Shown: one piece after another, positions 51,681-64,000 of the stretch
Position numbering within the stretch: the stretch's first letter is position 1
Layout: each line of letters opens with the position of its first letter
DNA from: Catajapyx aquilonaris
Taxonomy: Eukaryota
Assembly: GCA_000934665.2 (NCBI GenBank)
Contig: KZ538124.1
Span: 1-64,000, forward strand
Reading direction: 5' to 3'
DNA length: 64,000 nt
Program-made: the position numbers and the translations under genes
The notes under the pieces: model-generated
The model's input: the letters and a program-made list of their open reading frames with translations, nothing else
What the model was told of the DNA's origin: nothing
Databases searched by the model: none

Positions 51681-51767
51681 CAGGGTGTGCCATAAACGAT
51701 TTATTTAAAAGCGACCTGTAGGCACATTTTGGTGATCGCCTGCTGTAAGACATTCCGAAACACCCTG
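51681..51767. mobile_element. Short mariner/Tc1-type MITE relic
   Basis: ta|cagggtgt ... acaccctg|tg. The left end cagggtgtgccataaa resembles the left end at 42030. Confidence 0.4.
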
Positions 51768-54700
51768 TGCTGAAGCTGATGGCTTCTTCCGCCCCTGCTA
51801 CTTTACCCCCCTCGGAGGCCGGCAAAGACTCTGATGAGGCATTAGGGAGGAGCAAGAGAGACAGACTCGGGGCATCTGCCTCGTGTCAACCACCTCCTGG
51901 AAGTCATAATAGGACGCCTAATGGAAGTGAAGGAAAACAGGAGACCGTTGTGCAAACCAGACATGCTTATTGCGACTCTGGCTCTTCCTCTCTTGGGGCA
52001 CCCGGAATCCCAACCTCGACATCACCTTCTCTCTCCTTTCTCCTAGCTTAATCATGCGCCCTTCGTTTTTTTTAAGTCTGCAAAAAAAAAGGCTTCTGTG
52101 GAATTTGAACCTGGTTATTACAACAATTCTAGAGCAAAAATTCTCTCAAAAGCAGTATACAAATACCTATTAATTTTCTTCCGTCACGAAGCAGCATACG
52201 CCATCTACATATTATTATTTGATATTTCCTTCCTAACGTTCATTCGACTCGTCATGTCATGCCGGGTTTTAAGCTAGTAAATATATAAATAAATTATTAA
52301 ATGAAATTACAACATCAATACACGACATTGTAGCTAAATGGCCACATTTCTTATTACATTTTTTGTAATCCGGTCGATTGGCCTAAAATGAAATCCAATT
52401 CGGCCATTTTTCTTCATTATGCGGCCGGAGTGTAGTGTATTAAGACTCCGGGAAGCCAGAATTAATGTAGTGTAGTTAAGTAAAGCCGCGTAAATTAAGC
52501 ACCGTATCGTAAGTGTTTCCGTTAAGAAAACCGGAAGAAAATCTAAGGAAGAAACCCAAGTGTTGAACATAAATCTCCAGACGTGTTATCTTCTTGGAAA
52601 GAAATTGGTTTGCAAGGTTTAATCTTTTCCCTTCCGGTCGAGGTGAGGGATAAAAACAGGTGCGATCAATTATTCTCCTTTTTTGGTAAAAACAAAAGAG
52701 ATTTTTAAAAGACAAAAAAACCAGTAAGAATAAGATACATCCCCACAACCGTGGCCTTTCTTTCACCTACATAAATTTCATTTGGTAAAAAGGTTCTCTT
52801 TTTGGGCAGCTGAGCCTATCCTTTAATTAAACGTCAGACGTTCAGTGAAATATTTTCAAGACGTCCTTAGCTATTTTTCTTCACTGCATAGCTAGCTACT
52901 TTTTTTAGCACTCTGGCTGATGATGTTTCATTACACATTCATTGCATGCTCCTAGGGTTGTCGCGCCCCATAATAAAAGCCCAGAAACAAACCGATTTTT
53001 ACTTATTGCATTCCGTCATATCATGTTGCAAGTCTGCAGAATATTTCGGGGTCGTTTACTGACTCTCATTCGTCAATGGAAAAGATATTAAGCTCTCGGA
53101 AATTTCTAGGTAATGCTTGTTATCCATCTCGTTAAATGCTTGTAACTGAATTAATCCCACTAATTAAAAAATAAAATCCGTCTCATTTTCAAAACCGGGG
53201 CAGATGGCAAATAGACGACAGGAACGAGAGCAATGAATTTGGAAGGAAGAAACCAAATTATCCTGTTAAGCTCATTAAGCAGATTAACGATAGGAAGGAC
53301 CCTTCGACTTTTCGAGCGCCCCCCCCCCCCCACACTGCTTTAATATTACCGGCTGGATTAGAGCAGTTTCAGTAGTTACCGGTATTCTATTAGATATAGT
53401 CATTAAATACTTGTTGAAATGCTGCAGCTGCCTCTGCATTGTCTAACGGCAAAATTGAGGCCAATTACAACTGCATAATTACTTTACTGATGCTTCCTGC
53501 AGTACTACTGCCATTAGCTGCAATTATCCGGTGCGACATAAGTGGGAACGTTTAGCTCAGTACACATCACATGCGTTCAAATAGATAACATGCACCTGCA
53601 CAGTTCCAAAGTTATAATCGAATATAATCGGGGCAGCTATTATATGCCGCTAATTAGAGGACGCCAGGTCTGTATATAAGGACAATCGGAAATAGTAATC
53701 GTAATGATTGTTGGCCTTTTAATAATGCCAAGTAGATTCCCATACTGTCGGAATCGTTGGTTAACTGCAATAAACGAAATTTATTTTGATGTGTCTGTGA
53801 GGTGGTCCAATCAAAGGCAGAAACAAAACCGTATACGCTTGCAACAGTAGATTGCAAATACAATCGCGATGAATTATTACAGTGGCGTAATTTGCTTACT
53901 CTGGAATTTGATTATCACGTACGAAATTCAAGAAGCAATTACCAACGTTCTCAATTATTTCATTTGTGTGAACTGCATGGACTGTATTCACCACTAACTA
54001 TTCAGCACTTGTGCAATGGCTGGACTCCACCAAGAGTCTATTGCTCTATAGGAAAATGTTTCTCACTTGTGAACACTATTCAGGATATTGTTTTGCCAAA
54101 ATTTGGAAGATTGCCAATAGTTCATGCGAAGTTATTTCACATCCTATGTCCTGGTATCGACTCGTTCAGTACGCGACATTACATTTTCTCATTCATCTGA
54201 ACGGCTTATCCTGCAATATTATGCAATTTGTCATCCTTCTCTGCTTGCTGGGAAGTATTTCCTGGCTCAAAATTTGCTCGTCATTGGCCAGGTAATCTCA
54301 AAGACATGCAAATTAAACGTAGCATTAAAACTAACTTGTTAGAGGAATCAAAATTGCTTCAGAAGTACTGTACGATGCGCGTCTGAGATCCACACGACAA
54401 AGGCAAGTTTTAAAACAGGTTTCTTCCACGAGATCACAAATGTACCGTAAGCCCATCTTGAAGTCGCAGCCTGAACTTGGAGAAGATGAAATCTCCTTGC
54501 TTTATGGAGATTTTATTTCCGCTTTACTACTACTTCTCCGGAACTTGACACTGATATCCGGGGGAGGCTATCCACGTTAGAACAATAAAAAGTTTTGAAA
54601 ATGAAAAAAAAGAGTGGTCGAATGAGTACAGTCTTGCATATTTGAAAATGGGTTCATGTCGAGAGGTTTCTCGATTCGGTCAACATCGTGTTTTGATTCA

Positions 54701-57700
54701 CTTCAATTGATATTTACGCTGCCAAAAAAAGAGAGGGTTTGGGTCTTGCCCCGAGAGTTCGCATGGTCATCGACAGAAACACAATCCCTGTTTGTTCACT
54801 TGATTATATCCGGAGTTCCGACCATTACCATAGCCAAACATGCACCATACAAATTCCCTCATTTGTGCAATTCATACATAATCACCCCACTTCAGCTCTT
54901 ATGCGGATTCAGTAAACATGTTTCGTGCTTATTGACGTCATGTTATACACCCACGTGATTATTTTACGCTTGCCTATTGACGCCTGACAGTTTTTTTTTA
55001 TTGCCTATTCACACCTTTTTTACCTTCTCGTCCTGGTTTTTTTTTTTTTAAAAAAAGGGAGAACGAGCCGGAACAAGCTTGAAAAAGGCAATATCGATGT
55101 GGATTTGTCGTCACCAAACTCCCATCCTTTAGTTACCCCAGGGTCTGTAATGAGGACAAAAATGTCGGGTGCACTGTATGCTCCATGAGCAGATTGAAAG
55201 AATCCAGTCCCTGCCTTTAGGTCATCCACAGTCGATATTCTGCAGCCCTCCTCTATACCGTATAATAATACTAACAGACAAGTACATGCACCTAAGTACT
55301 GCAGAAGGCAATGTGTGCACGCTACAGTTTTGATTAATTGTTCAGCTGGAGAGCAATTCGCCATAAACTCTGGAGGCAACAAGGCAAAGTTTGTGCATGG
55401 TAAGTATAAAGCGGTGTAACGTCACGATTTGAAGCAACCTCTTGCAATCGGACCCAAGAGCTGCTTCGAGTCGAGAGGTTATACTTGGGGAAGGACCTGA
55501 TAAGAGGCAGCAAGGGAATAGAGTTCTGCGACTTGTCATCGCATATCATGTGTGAAACGGAGTGCAGATTCGCTTGGACGACTTGGTAGAAGCCGCAACA
55601 CTGTGCAACACAGCTGCTTTTATGGGGAGCCTCCCAAGAAACTCCTTGTCCTTTGCAGGCTATTGTGGCGGAATTCTATGGTTTTAGTTTGCTTGAAACG
55701 AAAGGCTGGATCCTATGTAATAAATGATGCAATTATTTTTTAAGTTTAATATTATCATTGCTTAATACGTATCATATTAAATACTGTACGCGTATAATCA
55801 AAAACATTGAGCAAAAATAATAATAAAAAACTAGGAAGCGAATAAATTGAAATCAAACAAATTAATGGTGCATAATAGTTTACTAATTATTTCACATGAG
55901 TCAGTGCCCTTTCCCTAGTACTGTACTGTAATTCTCATTACAGGAATCCGGGGCTGCACTTCAAAAATTATGCATGACCTGGAATGTTTGAAGACTTCCT
56001 TTTGTTCGAAGTTTGAATCCAGGGCTCATTAGAGTGAGAGGTCGTTAGAGCTGACCAATTCAACCAGGCGCAAAAGCACTATTCTGGAAAGAATTGGCTC
56101 GAAAAATAAGTCATGCCCTGTGACTGTAATCAATTTAATTGCTTCAACATTTTTTTTATTTTACTTGCAAGAGCACTGTATGTATAAATGGACGTTCGGT
56201 CCAAGACGAAAAATCCTTTTGGAAGGGACATGATAATCTTCCAGAGAAGGAGACTCGAGGAGACCTAATGGTCAAAATTACACTCGATGGTTTCGGGCAG
56301 CCATATGGAAATTGTGTGCTTAGACAGACATAGAGAGAGAGAAAAAAAAATGGGGATCAGTTTCTGCGGCTGCTGATCCAAAATCGATAACTCTAAAGCT
56401 CTTCTCAAACCAAATCTGCATGGGGAGAATTTTTTTTTCGGTATGAAATGAAATTCTGATTCTTCTTCTCAAAATGCAGTAGTCCCGTGATTGTAACGGT
56501 TACCTATAATCGATTCGGAATTTAATCACCACTGCTCTTTGGAACCTTCCAGCTTCTGGGAAGTGGAGTATTTAGGACTCGGTGCCTTACATTTATGCAG
56601 TGTGCTCCTCTCTAGCTGTGTGTGTGTCGCACTATACCTTACAAAGATTCTCAGCAGATGCCACTTTCACTTATTATTGAACCCTTTGGAACGAAGCCTA
56701 AACGACACCTAGTGTAGAAATATTGCACGTGCCTTTGCTACACACTGTACAGTACACTGAGCGGTAGCTGCAAGGATATTGTTAAAAGAGGATATTACCT
56801 GTAGTTTAAATTAATAAAAATTACTCTAAACATATTCACACAAAATGTAATTAGTTTTTTCCTTGTGTTTTGAACGAATAATTACACAAAGAAAATAGTA
56901 CATAATTATGGCGCATTGCTAATGATGCGTTTGTGAGATATGGAACATGACAGACAAAAAAAATCGTGTCAGGCACGACAGGAACACCTAATCAAGTGGA
57001 CAAGACCGAGACGAGAGTCCTAACTGATAATTAACTTGTTCAGAGAAAAAGGTTAAGCAATTTATACCTACGCACGACAATTGCACATAAAACGCGAGTG
57101 AGAACATTTTCTAGGGAATCATGAAAAGCAATTGTTCTCTAGTGAAACTTTAACTTATATAAAAGTCTCCCTGATGCGCAAGTGATGCTGTCCTTGAACT
57201 TCTCATACAGTAACCCTACTTATTAATTAATATTGCATGAAAACCGCTTACGTATAGTTAGAAAAAAAACACGAGAAACTTTATTATAGATATTTATTTT
57301 ACAAATTTTAACTAATGACAGTCCAAAAAAGTCAGACATTTCCAATGTCTTTGCAGAATTATTTTCTCTGGGTGCAACTATCAGAACTGATCATACTGTC
57401 AAGCAGCATTATTCTAATCAAGCAACAAAAAAATGCGAAATTATGTTCAATAACATTTGCAGACCTGTATGTCAGGCCTACTCGTGTAATTATGTATGAA
57501 ATCAAAATAGAAGCAATCTAAACTGCTTTAAACTTCTGTTAGTTCTGTAATATATTGCATTGTTACCAATGCAAAAGTATATTTTTTTCTTGCCGCCTGA
57601 TCCAATGATATAGATTAAGTTATTAGCTACTTTTGTTTCACACGCCTGTAATGACATCGCATTAGACTTGGTGCAACTTCCCTGTTTTTCAACGAAAGGG

Positions 57701-59583
57701 TAATTAATCCGCCGTCCCTTTCCTATCACCTGTCCGCTTCAATAGTCGTAAACAATGCCTGGGGGTGAAACAATGTGCAAAGTTAACCGTTCCAGTAAGG
57801 CTAATTTGTTGCTGCCCATTAATTTGTCTGCGGCAACTTCTAATCGATTAACTCTTTAACAGCCAAAACTTCGTTATCTCGACCTCTGTTAAGGTGATGA
57901 TTCGATTATGTTGGAGCAAAGTAAATGTGCAGGGAGCAAAATTTCACTTGGGAAACTTGCGCATAAATTTTCCTCCACCCCCCCAGTAATATAACACCCT
58001 CCTTACTAATACCTGAGTTCCTGAATACATTATACAGTCGACCGCAATAATAATGCATACAGGCTCAGAATATGAAGACTCAATTAAAGAACAATTTAAG
58101 TGCAAAGTTATCCACTTCTGTGGCTGATATACCGGGTGTCTCATTTGGCCGTCATTTTATCCCCCCACACTTTCTTTGCCTACACTTTTTTTTTCCACCA
58201 CCGTGACCTAAAAGTGAGACGTGGTTCCAATCGGACCTGACTTTTTCCGGCGGGAATGGACATAAGTGCGGCGCATAAGGTGACAAAGTGCACCCGCACG
58301 CGTAATTTGTCAGAAGGAACGTTCCGGAGGCTACTTAACGTGTCAGCGGTGGCGACAAGGAGGCCATTTTGGGCCGGGACCATTTATTGCCGGGTGGGTG
58401 CGATGCAGGATCTATGTGTGTGTATAAATGGCGAGGGTATAAGGCCGGAGCTACACTAACTGAGAGATTCGGAAATGTTTCCGGGAGAAAAGAGGGGGCT
58501 GATGCAGAGAGAGCAGCAGCAGCACTGAGGGGTCCAAAATATGTGGAATTCCGACCGCGGGAATTCCACGTGGAGAAGAAAAGCTGGTGCTGACATTGCT
58601 CTTGCCGCTGCAAGCACCACCACTAGAAAGCACAGGACTTGGAAATATATGTTTTCCAACCCTTTTCCTATATATACAGTCACATCTTTTTAAATAATTA
58701 AGTTCAACAAACTGTATAACTTTTCCGGACAAATCAGCTTGCACGCTGATATGGGATAATAAAAAGTTATGACAGTACTGTACTGTAAGTAAAATTCTGC
58801 TCTAGTTGTTAAGGACTTACGGATGATTTTAACATTCGCATTGGAGGATCTAAAAACTCGTCGATTCATATGGATGGATTATTTTACAGTGCGAGGGAAC
58901 AAAAAATCACAGACATAATTATGCTGCGGTATGAAATAGATGACACTGCATGCATTATGGATTATACAGACTATTATACAGATTATGTAGTCTAGCTCAA
59001 CATTTTGGAGTAACAATAGCGGTTAAAATTTAATTCGGATTGTGGACTAGGCGGATTTTGTTGGAGGCAGCAAGAAAAAGGATGCGAAGGACATGCCACT
59101 TGTACTAGTTGTACTATATACTGAAATACTGATGCCCCGAGGTGAGAGTTTCAGAAACTGGTGCAGATGACATCAAAATGTAACATTGAAACGTACACCT
59201 AAAGGGATTTGCATGCAGCGCAACCGTGTCTGCCCAGAGTAAAAGGGTTTTTAAATAGGATTTTTAATGAGAATTTTCACAACCACCCAGTCGCGGTCGG
59301 TGACCTAAAATATAGCTTTTCAATATATTTGCAAATCTAAAATCTTCCTCTACTTCATTGATGCCCGTATTCGATGCAAATGTCGATACACTTTATTATC
59401 TGTGACCAGCGATGTCCAATGTCCAGTACTATCTGCCCTGTCCTATAAACCGATTGAGATCAGTTACGATGCACTTCAATACCACATGCTGTTCAATCTC
59501 GCACATTTCATGTCCATTTGCACATTCTCAAAAAAAATTGTTAAACAAAATTTAAAACATCGGAAACGTCGCCTAAATTCTTC

Positions 59584-59618
<35 letters not shown>
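59584..59618. repeat. (TTA)11 microsatellite
   Basis: Perfect trinucleotide run. Confidence 0.95.
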
Positions 59619-62600
59619 GTCACCTATCGGTATATTCTGTGAGGTACACTATTTTTTCACTGGCTCATGCTTCATCAGCAAATTAAATTACGAAGCCGCA
59701 AATTACAACAGCCGCAGTGCTGCTAGCAGCCTACTCCACGTGATAAATCTAATAGTCATAGCAAAATCACTGTTTTGCTAATAGGACATTACAGACCTAC
59801 ACTGGCTGGAAAATCAGCATGTAAAGCCCCCTCGATTGTGCACTCCCAGCAAGGCTAATAAACACAAAAGCAGACTCAAAATTCCGCTCGATGTTGGAAC
59901 TGCAACCATTCTCGTTGCTATTAGCAGCTTACACATTTGTGCAAATACAATTATCCGTTAACATGTCCTAAAAAGTTACTCGACCACCTTTTTTTAACAT
60001 TCCGCTGCACTGTACAGGTACGAAATAATCAATAATTATATTCTGCTTGTCTCTTTTTTTGTGTACGAAGTATATATGGGTATTGATAGTGCAATACAGT
60101 GTAGCAAACCATGCGATAGTGTGCAGATAAATGCTCATGTGTAACAATATCCCCGACATTAATGTCGTTAACATCACATGATGCAGCTCTGAGTTGTCTA
60201 ATTAATTTAGCATAATTTTGTGGATAAGCTGGTGGTGAAGCATATTTTTGGGCGAAAGATATTTTTAAAAAGTGTACAGTATATACTGTACAGTGATATC
60301 GGAATCTACTTGTAGCGAAAATAAGTGGTCCTTGCATGTCAAATCGTATTTTTAATTTAAAATTTTTTAAAGCAATGTACAGTACATTTGTCGACCGTTA
60401 TTATACTCGATTATTTTCGGTCTCGGTTTCGATTACACTCCTGAGTATGAAGAGATGTATTTTCCAGTCGTGTGTCATCATCCCCAGTTCGTGGAGTGGT
60501 TCGGTTGGTCATGTAGAATGGGGCTCAGGTTTGCCGCAAATCCCTTCAGAAAGCTTTTCTCGTCATGTGTTTTTCAGATGGTATGCTGACACAATGGTAT
60601 GATTACGTCCATCGTCGCAAAATTCGATCAGATTCATACACAAACCATTACATGAACGGTTTTATTAAGCACAATATGCACTGATGCCTACACTAAAATG
60701 GTGGGTTAAAACTCAGTACAATTTCCCGATGCAATTTGAATGCGGAGGAAACAGCAATTAATTAATTGATGGAGTCGTTAGTTGATTAGCATGCTTTTTA
60801 CATAACTGCCAATTACGCTACGGTGCTTTTACACACACTGTGTAATTTTTTGAATCCCTCTGTGAGCCGGCAGACCGTAAAGTATGTAACACTGGCAATA
60901 ACATACCAGACTACAAAAAACACAACTAAAGCACCCGCAGATAAATAATCCAGGTAAAAAAAGAGCCGCTTGTAACTCCATTAGTTCATAAATTGATAGG
61001 TCTGTGGCTGTGCATTGTCTCCAGGGACTGCTGACACTCGCGTTTACAGTGTACGTGTCCTGGCTAAAACTAAATTTTAACAACTGTGCACACTGTAATC
61101 CAGTTAATCTCTTCCAAAATATTTCAGTTTTATAACAGGTTGGCGGAAAAGTAATATAAATTTAGTTCCACTTCGTCTAAGCTTTGAGAAATGTCCTAAA
61201 AAGTGAGTGTCCTCTGTACTTTAAAGGACTTTAGGGACTGACTCTGTACTCTCTAGTGTCCTCTGTACTGAACAAATCTAATTTTGTCGCATTGCATAGA
61301 ACATTACCCAAAATCTCTCTGGAAATCATCAGCATCTATCGAGCCAGCCTAGAATCTTGGTTTCCCTACCAGAATATCATCTCAGGACACATAAATTTCG
61401 CGGCATAATGAAAGCCACGTCCGCGATTATCACTCGGTACCTACCCTTTAGCCACGACGGACCAGACACGAAGCAGATGCAACTAACATCGACCAAACAT
61501 AGCGCCAAATTAATGAGCTTTATTGTCTTTCCCCCCCCCCCCTTTGAAACACCACTTTGCTTGAAACACGACCGTCGCAAGTGGCAAACGCTTGCCTGCT
61601 GGCATAACTTCTCCAAGTCTACCTAACTTCTGCAGTCTTCGTATATATCCCCTCCTAGAAGTTAACCTCATGAGAAGCCGATTGTACCGTCCAGCAAGTA
61701 AACTCCTCTGCTTCGTATTTACTGTCTCTCATCCAAGTCAGCACCTGCTGTGAAAGGTCTTGTTTACTCAACCTGTTCAAAACAAGATTACCTCCTTTTC
61801 TTTAATGAAATTTCTGGACACTCTCAAGAATGCAGGGGGTGCTTTCAACTTTTGCCAATTTCATTCGTCAGATTTTCTGTAAACACACTTTTGCTTTTCT
61901 TTTGTGACCCACACCCGCTGGGCCTATTTGTACCAAACGGGACGGATTTACGAGAACCGAAGGGATATGTGTTTTTTGGAGGTTATTTCCTCCTCATCCA
62001 CCCACAATCCACGCCCACTCATTTCTCTCTTTTTTCCAGACCTTTCTAAAGCCATACCACACAGGGGTGCACTTAGAAAATTACAACAGTAGTTGTGGGG
62101 GCAAGTGTGCAATTAGTTGCAGTCATCGTTAGTCAACAAATCCTTCGGCGTCTTTGCCGGAAGGGGATGGTGTAAAAACCTGAAGACAAAATATTGTGAG
62201 AGGTTCCTTCCCACTTGGTCCACAAATAAAATGGGCCTAGCACCCGGTGGGTTCAAGGAAGAGGATGTGAGACCCCTCATAAAATTGGTCTTGGACTGAC
62301 ACAACACTAAGGGTTGATTTGTGAGCCTGCCAAAAAATCGACATGCCTCATGCACTAGAGATATTACAGCGAAGCAACGATATTGTGTCTGCAAGTTCCG
62401 TGTAAATATTTCTCCTCCACTTGCTTTTGTTGTCCGGAGCATGGAACATCGTCATATGAATCAATTCGCTCTAACTCATACCCATGTGATGCCAGGACCA
62501 CACGCACACTCTGTATCGTCGCCAAGTATGTCCGGAACAAAATGGTACAAAATACCAGTACCTTTCAATATTTTTCTTTTTGTCACATGTCTATATGAAT

Positions 62601-64000
62601 CACACCTCACTGGCATTCTACTGAAAAAGTGGTCCGCATTTGCAATCATAACTGGAGCCAGACCCTAAAATATTCTATCGCACGTTTATGCAAATTTTAA
62701 TTTGGCACCCAGGAGAGCTATTTCAAAAGCACATGGAATGATTTACGAACCGTTATTTTTTTCGGTTCCCCAGTAATTGTCAGCAGGACAGCATTGGACG
62801 GAGTTTTATGCCGGATAATTTCCTTCAGCGGATTCGCCCATAAAGAGGAATATTTAAGGCGCGTTTGCCATACACCTGAATTACACCCAGCGTCTTATAT
62901 GCCATTTTTTCCATCATAAAATCCTGCGGGGAATATGTGCACTAAGAAAAATGCACATTTGATGATCGGACAGCAGTTAATTATTCACTTCAAGTCTGGA
63001 AATGACTCTTCAAAGATATATACTATCGAGCCTCTTCGGAATGTAAATCCTGGGTAGGGGGTCTGCCCGTTTGCAAAAATATTCGCCAACATTCAACCCC
63101 CCCTCAGTTGGGTTGGAATGGGGAGGCCCTTGTATAGTGGCGGCGTCCCAAACGGCGTGATAAACTTGATTCATCACCGTCCGCCGTCATTAAGCAGGCG
63201 CACCAACGAGAAACATCCGACAAAAGACCATCCATTACACGTCGTCCTCACACACTCCGCACACGTGCGAATCGCATCGCACACGCTTTTTTGGACCGAA
63301 TAAAAAAAAAGGAGGGGGGGGGGGCAAAAAGTCTTATTGGCCCCGTTTGTTCATGGGGCGGTGAAAATTTTGATTGGCTACATTAAAAATCTTGGAATGA
63401 ACATTTTACGTTGTATTTGAACAATGTAATTGAGCGGTGGGACACGTGTCTGTTATGGCGTAAATCGAATAGATTTCCCGGAGAGAATAGAAAGAGAGAG
63501 TGGGACACACACCACAGCAGCATCAGCCAAAGTGATTGATGACAGTAAATCGTTCGGTACTACGTGCTTGCTAATTCAAATCTGGTTTCAGTTCAATAAT
63601 ATTCACCGACCACGTCCTTGTTTATTGGTGCGTTTCCGATTTAAACTGGCCCATTTGAATCCAGGGGAACCAGCATTCCCTTCAATGGCATTAGAATTTA
63701 AAACGTGGCCATAGCAATATTACATGAGTTGTAAAACTGCATGATTGCAGAGGGGTTTTGCATAATGCCAAAAAACCACATATACGTCAATGTAATCCAA
63801 GATTATGCAACCCTGCCGATATTAAAATGTACACTGTCGAGAGCTTGTTATGTGCACAGCCAGTGATGTGCTGCTTCACAAACCTTGTACAGGCGAAGGC
63901 TCCAGGGTAAACATATTATGAATATGAAACAAACACTTTATGATTAGGCTTATGTGTAGTGCACCAAAGTTATTCAGAAGTGTGTTAAACTATTCAAAGG

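Noticed and set aside
1..64000. CRISPR array, operon, prophage, rRNA/tRNA or bacterial horizontal transfer
   Set aside because: No regularly spaced repeats or dense ORF packing. The intronless genes belong to a known arthropod family and carry spliceosomal signals.

Overview
AT-rich eukaryotic genomic DNA, most likely arthropod (inferred from the gene family present, GT-AG splice signals, TCAGT initiator-like motifs and microsatellites). The only coding content I can support is a head-to-tail array of three diverged minus-strand genes about 9 kb apart (14026-15414, 23050-24357, 32605-33963). Each encodes a cytochrome b5-related (Cyt-b5-r-like) protein: an N-terminal cytochrome b5 domain (HPGG) fused to a membrane-bound fatty-acid-desaturase-superfamily domain with intact His boxes. 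All three CDSs are intronless, and each has a splice acceptor 20-49 nt upstream of the ATG, pointing to a shared 5'UTR intron with short non-coding first exons. The rest (about 1-13.5 kb and 36-64 kb) has no recognisable coding sequence. It carries small non-autonomous DNA-transposon relics (a 180-bp foldback element, CACTG-ended and CAGGGTG-ended MITE-like elements), an excess of TACAGTA/TACTGTA heptamers, microsatellites, homopolymer tracts and motif-dense patches that resemble cis-regulatory DNA. I found no prokaryotic features, CRISPR array, rRNA or tRNA. I cannot demonstrate a wholly new system. The best lead is the triplicated orphan b5-fusion desaturase array with non-canonical His motifs.
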